Shown here piece after piece: positions 36,210 to 40,732 of a stretch of DNA of 40,732 bases (positions within the stretch are counted from its first letter, which is position 1; each line of letters begins with the position of its first letter). Both the position numbers and the translations under genes were made by a program. The stretch lies in the IMG/VR virus record IMGVR_UViG_2859827302_000005, positions 1 through 40,732 of that record, one strand, 5' to 3'. The notes under the pieces were generated by a model that searched no databases, had not been told where the DNA came from, and saw only the letters and a program-made list of their open reading frames with translations. Source of the stretch: a virus. Taxonomy: Duplodnaviria; Heunggongvirae; Uroviricota; Caudoviricetes.

Positions 36210-37256
36210 TTACCCAAGCACGCCAGTTGCAAAGGCGTGATCAAGAAAACGAAAAATTAAATCAACCTGAGAACCATGCTTTTCTTCGAACGCCAGAGGA
36301 TCCGCATGAAGCTCGTTGTGATGCTCCCGACACAGCGGTAGCGTGAAAATATCGTGAGATTTTGTCCCCATTCCGCCCTGACCATGACCAATCAGGTGAT
36401 GGGGATCGTCGGCTGGCTTACCACAACACGCACACGGCTGTGTCTTCACCCAGCGTGTGTATTTCTCGTTAACCCAGCGGCGACGTTTAGGTCGTTTCAT
36501 GAAAGATTCCGGAGACTCAGGATCAACGGCAATGCTGACCACCGTCTCTTCCTGTGGCGGGTTTTGCTGGTGGGCGTGAGGCAGCGGCGCAAGATTTTTT
36601 GTGCGCTGCTTCAGTATGCTGGTGGCGGTCTGCTCTCCCGGTACGATGTCGCTTTCACGGTACATTGAGCGGATTTTTTCCGCACGCAACCCCAGCGAAC
36701 GACGTAATACCGCTTCCGGTAGCGCGTCCGCCACCTGATTGCGGACCGCCCACCAGGATAATTCAGCCAGCGATAATTCCCGTTCCTGCGAGCCATTCAT
36801 TGCATGGCGTATGACGTCAATCATCCATGCAGACAGGTTTTGGTGAGCAAGTTGCCCGAGTGATTCGGAGGTCTGGTCGCGCAGCTGGTTGTCGCAGTGC
36901 CAGCACAACACCATTGCGCCGGTACCATAACGGTGAATGACGGTTTCACTGTGGTGATAATCGCCGTGTGGCCACTGGCAGGATTTAACATGGCGCAGTA
37001 ACCAGTCAGACAATGCGCCAGCGCCACCAGCAGCACGAATCACTCGTTCGTCGCTGAAAAATGGCAGTAATGATTTATCCTCCGCCAGCGGCTGGCGAAC
37101 GGCAGGAACGACCCCGGACGGCAGATTACGCATGCTTTTCGGTTCCGGCTCCACCAGTACCCGGGTATTGTGGAATACCGGCATGGATTCACGGCCCGGC
37201 TTAACGATCACCAGCCCGAGTTCCGGTACCAGAACAGGTCGAAGTAATACCCGCAC
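36210..37256 (-). CDS. ydfU: DUF968/YdfU-like protein with C-terminal HNH-like motif
   Basis: 348 aa. C-terminus CACCGKPADDPHHLIGHGQGGMGTKSHDIFTLPLCREHHNELH has Cys and His-Asn-His motifs. ORF-track start is a GTG; an ATG lies 24 codons in. Confidence 0.7.
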   Translation of the reverse strand: MRVLLRPVLVPELGLVIVKPGRESMPVFHNTRVLVEPEPKSMRNLPSGVVPAVRQPLAEDKSLLPFFSDERVIRAAGGAGALSDWLLRHVKSCQWPHGDYHHSETVIHRYGTGAMVLCWHCDNQLRDQTSESLGQLAHQNLSAWMIDVIRHAMNGSQERELSLAELSWWAVRNQVADALPEAVLRRSLGLRAEKIRSMYRESDIVPGEQTATSILKQRTKNLAPLPHAHQQNPPQEETVVSIAVDPESPESFMKRPKRRRWVNEKYTRWVKTQPCACCGKPADDPHHLIGHGQGGMGTKSHDIFTLPLCREHHNELHADPLAFEEKHGSQVDLIFRFLDHAFATGVLG

Positions 37257-37257
37257 G

Positions 37258-37536
37258 TTATCTCCAGATGCGTTGCTGGTATGTGCGGGACAGACGCGGT
37301 GGGCGTTCGGAGTAAGGAAGCCTGACGGAGATTATCCAGTGACGGTAGTCGAGGCTAAGGGCTTTTTTAACCTCGCATCCGCGCCTGCGGTAACACTGAA
37401 TGAGCCATTCGGCCTGTTCTTCAGTGCATGAGGGATGCTGGTACCAGTCTGACTTAAATGCGTGAGAATACCGCTCGTGCGTGTGGGCAAGAACGGTCGA
37501 ATTATCATGTTTGTAATATTTTGCGTTGCGTGCCAT
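37258..37536 (-). CDS. hypothetical 92-aa phage protein
   Basis: ATG with GGAGA Shine-Dalgarno; its stop abuts the DUF968 start. No family recognised. Confidence 0.5.
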   Translation of the reverse strand: MARNAKYYKHDNSTVLAHTHERYSHAFKSDWYQHPSCTEEQAEWLIQCYRRRGCEVKKALSLDYRHWIISVRLPYSERPPRLSRTYQQRIWR

Positions 37537-37602
37537 CGGTTTTCTCCGGTGGCACGGTGTTACTCAGCGGGAGTTCAGCCCCGCGCAAGATTGTAGATGA
37601 GT

Positions 37603-37854
37603 TTATTCTTCTGAAAAAGCAGAAAAGCCAGCTTTTATTCCGATCTCTTTCAATACCTGTAATGAAGTGACAAACTCACCGTCGCGCAAGATAAATCCGT
37701 CCGTCACTCGGGCATCCACAAAATTAATTAACGCAGCCCCATTTTTTTGCAAACACACAATGCGGTAATGACTAACAATATTTCCATTTTCAACGCACAC
37801 AGCATAGAGGCCATCTTCACAAAAAATTTTACGCAGTTCTTCGATGTTCATCAT
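37603..37854 (-). CDS. rem: Rem-like small prophage protein (83 aa)
   Basis: Same size as the Qin-prophage Rem and adjacent to hok, as in Qin. GGAAGG Shine-Dalgarno. Assignment by size and position only. Confidence 0.45.
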   Translation of the reverse strand: MMNIEELRKIFCEDGLYAVCVENGNIVSHYRIVCLQKNGAALINFVDARVTDGFILRDGEFVTSLQVLKEIGIKAGFSAFSEE

Positions 37855-37965
37855 CAGAATCCTTCCGGATAATTAGCTCTCCCCTTTAAGGGACCATCCC
37901 TCTTATCCCTGCGCGCTACTTAAGTATTTTTGATTCTATTCCGGCACCGTCCAGAACTTCAAATG

Positions 37966-38000
37966 CGTTGAAAATAAAAACAAAAACCCGCCGAAGCGGG
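37966..38000 (-). terminator. intrinsic terminator at the 3' end of the hok mRNA
   Basis: Stem cccgc/gcggg with loop ttcg, followed on the minus strand by TTTTTGTTTTTATTTT. Confidence 0.65.
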
Positions 38001-38070
38001 TTAAGTGCGGGTGCGTTGAGAATGCCTGCCACATCAGAGGTGGCGAGGGATTTCTCCCTCGCCGGGTCTC

Positions 38071-38226
38071 TTACTCCTCAGGTTCGTAAGCTGTGAAGAC
38101 AGCGACCTCCGTCTGGCCGGTTCGGATTCGTACCTCGCAGAGGTCTTTCCTCGTTACCAGTGCCGTCACAATGACGGTTAAACAGATGACGATCAGGGCG
38201 ATTAGCATCGCCTTTTGCTGCTTCAT
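38071..38226 (-). CDS. hok: Hok-family type I toxin
   Basis: MKQQKAMLIALIVICLTVIVTALVTRKDLCEVRIRTGQTEVAVFTAYEPEE, 51 aa. Confidence 0.9.
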   Translation of the reverse strand: MKQQKAMLIALIVICLTVIVTALVTRKDLCEVRIRTGQTEVAVFTAYEPEE

Positions 38227-38283
38227 AGCCTGCTTCTCCTTGCCTTTCGGCACGTAAGAGGCTAACCTACGTGTGTAGAGCAT
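38071..38283 (-). CDS. mok: Mok (overlapping reading frame that drives hok translation)
   Basis: 70-aa ORF in the same frame, extending 19 codons upstream of hok. Confidence 0.6.
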   Translation of the reverse strand: MLYTRRLASYVPKGKEKQAMKQQKAMLIALIVICLTVIVTALVTRKDLCEVRIRTGQTEVAVFTAYEPEE

Positions 38284-38300
38284 AGATATGGCCTCAGATT
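38230..38300 (+). ncRNA. sok: predicted Sok antisense RNA (approximate position)
   Basis: Placed by analogy with hok/sok loci, antisense to the mok start region. Boundaries not determined from sequence. Confidence 0.3.
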
Positions 38301-38517
38301 AATGTTAAGCGTCTTGCCGGACGCGTAATGTTAACTGGGGCTTTTCTCTATCTGCCTTTTGGTGTTCATGCCTGAGACAGATAGCCTCAAGCACCCGCTG
38401 CAATTCTACTTAACTCTCCTTTTCCCGCAAACCGTTTTTATCCCCAGCGGCAAATCGAATACACCACCAGCGCCACCGCCATCGCAATTCCTACCGTTGT
38501 TAATGCTTCAGGCCAGG

Positions 38518-38754
38518 TCATCGTAAAATATCCTCCACGCTTATCAGTCCGTTCCGCTCCAGATAACTCATCGCCTTATCCGGTAATTTGCAGTCTGGCT
38601 TCGCTTTCCTCAGTTGCCAGGTTAACTGCTTTACCAGCATGGTTAACTCATCGACCAGACGCTGATATCCCACTGGTTTGTATTCATGCAATTTACCGGC
38701 TGGCTCTGCTGCCAGCGATACCAGTGCGATTTCCAGAACAGCAATATCCATCTT
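38518..38754 (-). pseudogene. C-terminal part of a 114-aa gene split by IS2 copy 2
   Basis: Reading frame is continuous with 40091..40198 once IS2 and one TSD copy are removed (…IIRTYK|MDIAVLEIALVSLAAEPAGKLHEY…). Confidence 0.6.
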
Positions 38755-38765
38755 TGGATTTGCCC

Positions 38766-39671
38766 CTATATTTCCAGACATCTGTTATCACTTAACCCAT
38801 TACAAGCCCGCTGCCGCAGATATTCCCGTGGCGAGCGATAACCCAGCGCACTATGCGGATGCCATTCGTTATAATGCTCGAACGCCTCTGCAAGGTTCTT
38901 TGCTGCCGTTAACCCGTCTGGTTTGGGCATGATACTGATGTAGTCACGCTTTATCGTTTTCACGAAGCTCTCTGCTATTCCGTTACTCTCCGGACTCCGC
39001 ACCGCCGTGTTCTTCGGTTCAAGTCCCAACATCCGGGCGAACTGGCGTGTTTCATTAGCCCGGTAGCATGAACCATTATCCGTCAGCCACTCCACTGGAG
39101 ACGACGGAAGATCGTTGCCGAAGCGGCGTTCCACCGCTCCCAGCATGACGTCCTGTACTGTTTCACTGTTGAAGCCGCCGGTAGTCACCGCCCAGTGCAG
39201 TGCCTCACGATCACAGCAGTCCAGCGCGAACGTGACACGCAGTCTCTCTCCGTTATCACAGCAGAACTCGAACCCGTCAGAGCACCATCGCTGATTGCTT
39301 TCTTTCACGGCCACTCTGCCTGTATGTGCCCGTTTCGATGGCGGTACAGCAGGCTTTCGCTCAAGCAACAGCGCATTCTGGCGCATGATCCGGTAAACAC
39401 GTTTGGCATTGATCGCAGGCATACCATCAAGTTCTGCCTGTCTGCGAAGCAGCGCCCATACCCGACGATAACCATACGTGGGCAGCTCTCCGATAACATG
39501 GTGTATACGGAGAAGCACATCCGTATCATCAGTGTGACGACTGCGGCGGCCATCCATCCAGTCATCGGTTCGTCTGAGAATGACGTGCAACTGCGCACGC
39601 GACACCCGGAGACAACGGCTGACTAAGCTTACTCCCCATCCCCGGGCAATAAGGGCGCGTGCGCTATCCAC
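38766..39671 (-). CDS. insD: IS2 transposase OrfB (InsD)
   Basis: 301 aa; one amino-acid difference from copy 1 (K vs Q). Confidence 0.9.
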
Positions 39672-39994
39672 TTTTTTGCCCGTCCATATTCAACGGCTTC
39701 TTTGAGGAGTTCATTTTCCATCGTTTTCTTGCCGAGCAGGCGCTGGAGTTCTTTAATCTGCTTCATGGCGGCAGCAAGTTCAGAGGCAGGAACAACCTGT
39801 TCTCCGGCGGCCACAGCAGTAAGACTTCCTTCCTGGTATTGCTTACGCCAGAGAAATAACTGGCTGGCTGCTACACCATGTTGCCGGGCAACGAGGGAGA
39901 CCGTCATCCCCGGTTCAAAGCTCTGCTGAACAATTGCGATCTTTTCCTGTGTGGTACGCCGTCTGCGTTTCTCCGGCCCTAAGACATCAATCAT
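39629..39994 (-). CDS. insC: IS2 OrfA (InsC)
   Basis: 121 aa, identical to copy 1. Confidence 0.9.
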
Positions 39995-40090
39995 CTGTAC
40001 TCCAATGACTAGTCTAAAAACTAGTATTAAGACTATCACTTATTTAAGTGATACTGGTTGTCTGGAGATTCAGGGGGCCAGTCTAATCTT

Positions 40091-40198
40091 ATATGTGCGG
40101 ATGATGTCATGGTCGATTGTGCCCGGTATGCACAGTCTCTGTGCTTCAATAGTCTCCTCTGCGTGAGCTATTAACTGCTCTCTGGTAAAAGTCGTCAT
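40091..40198 (-). pseudogene. N-terminal part of the IS2-split gene
   Basis: [36 protein letters not shown], then the TSD; start ATG overlaps the stop of the upstream small ORF (ATGA). Confidence 0.5.
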
Positions 40199-40362
40199 GC
40201 CGTAGCCCCTTCTTGATATTTTTCAAACCAGAACACAACCGGCTCTGCTTCCAGCGATGCCAGCGCAATCCGTGCCAGTTCCATTTGTTCACCACGGGTA
40301 AGCCCGTTTTCAAGCGGGTTTTTAATGAACAATTCAATACGTTCTTTGGTAATAGTGGTCAT
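40195..40362 (-). CDS. hypothetical 55-aa protein, paralog-like to the IS2-split gene
   Basis: [55 protein letters not shown]. Below the ORF-track size cutoff. Shares the MTT…L(A/V)SL(E/A)AEP pattern with the downstream gene. Confidence 0.35.
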   Translation of the reverse strand: MTTITKERIELFIKNPLENGLTRGEQMELARIALASLEAEPVVFWFEKYQEGATA

Positions 40363-40364
40363 GT

Positions 40365-40732
40365 GTGAGGTAGCCTGAGTTTAACGGACACTCCTTCCTG
40401 AAATAGAATGGCATCAGAAGGAGCTAATAATGAGCAGAAAAAACCAACGTTACTCTAAAGAGTTCAAAGCCGAAGCTGTCAGAACGGTTCTTGAAAATCA
40501 ACTTTCGATCAGTGAAGGCGCTTCCCGATTATCCCTTCCTGAAGGCACTTTAGGACAATGGGTTACCGCCGCCAGAAAAGGGCTCGGTACTCCTGGTTCC
40601 CGCACGGTGGCTGAACTGGAATCTGAAATTCTGCAACTGCGTAAGGCGTTAAATGAAGCTCGCCTTGAGCGAGATATATTAAAAAAAGCAACAGCGTATT
40701 TTGCACAGGAGTCGCTGAAAAATACGCGTTAA
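40365..40732 (+). mobile_element. partial IS3-family element (IS600-like?), left end only
   Basis: Begins TGAGGTAGCCTGAGTTTAACGG… about 65 bp before an IS3-family orfA. The element runs off the window. Confidence 0.6.
40430..40732 (+). CDS. IS3-family transposase OrfA
   Basis: 100 aa, MSRKNQRYSKEFKAEAVRTVLENQLSISEGASRLSLPEGTLGQWV…, helix-turn-helix and leucine zipper typical of IS3-family OrfA. Confidence 0.8.
   Translation: MSRKNQRYSKEFKAEAVRTVLENQLSISEGASRLSLPEGTLGQWVTAARKGLGTPGSRTVAELESEILQLRKALNEARLERDILKKATAYFAQESLKNTR

Larger units (their letters stand above)
38755..40085 (-). mobile_element. IS2 (copy 2), 1331 bp
   Basis: Same ends as copy 1. 5-bp target-site duplication ATCTT at 38750-38754 and 40086-40090. 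A few SNPs relative to copy 1. Confidence 0.95.

Noticed and set aside
1-40732. Integrase, excisionase or attL/attR site
   Set aside because: None found. The window ends within accessory and IS sequence on both sides, so the prophage boundaries are outside the window or eroded.

Overview
Nearly the whole window is one lambdoid prophage, with its late genes on the minus strand, and it looks cryptic or defective. From right to left: a nin-type region (hok/mok/sok, Rem-like, DUF968/HNH YdfU-like, rusA), a Q82/YdfT-like antiterminator Q with a tR'-like terminator, an orphan beta-class DNA methyltransferase, a Stx-phage-style tRNA cluster (ileZ, argN, a 3'-truncated argO-like remnant), a cargo slot where stxAB sits in Shiga-toxin phages, a nanS-p-like esterase, a Qin-type lysis cassette (holin, YdfR-like, RrrQ-like SAR endolysin, Rz/Rz1), cos, and a lambda-like head-tail module Nu1-A-W-B-C/Nu3-D-E-FI-FII-Z-U-V-G-T-H-M-L-K-I-J-lom-stf-tfa. 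The stx-equivalent slot carries no toxin genes; instead it holds two paralogous ~200-bp non-coding structured elements and an AT-rich Cys-rich ORF, which is the most likely place for something undescribed. Other accessory content: one IS1 (9-bp TSD), two IS2 copies each with its own 5-bp TSD, a partial IS3-family element at the right edge, a lipoprotein moron between I and J, a class I SAM-methyltransferase moron flanked by tfa-derived direct repeats, and a convergent small ORF inside the lysis cassette. Inactivating lesions: a 7-bp tandem duplication frameshifting gene I, a V gene lacking about 50 N-terminal codons relative to lambda V as I recall it, and an IS2-split gene. No CRISPR array, integrase or att site was found. 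All protein calls rest on my recognition of the translated ORFs and on gene order; no database search was run.
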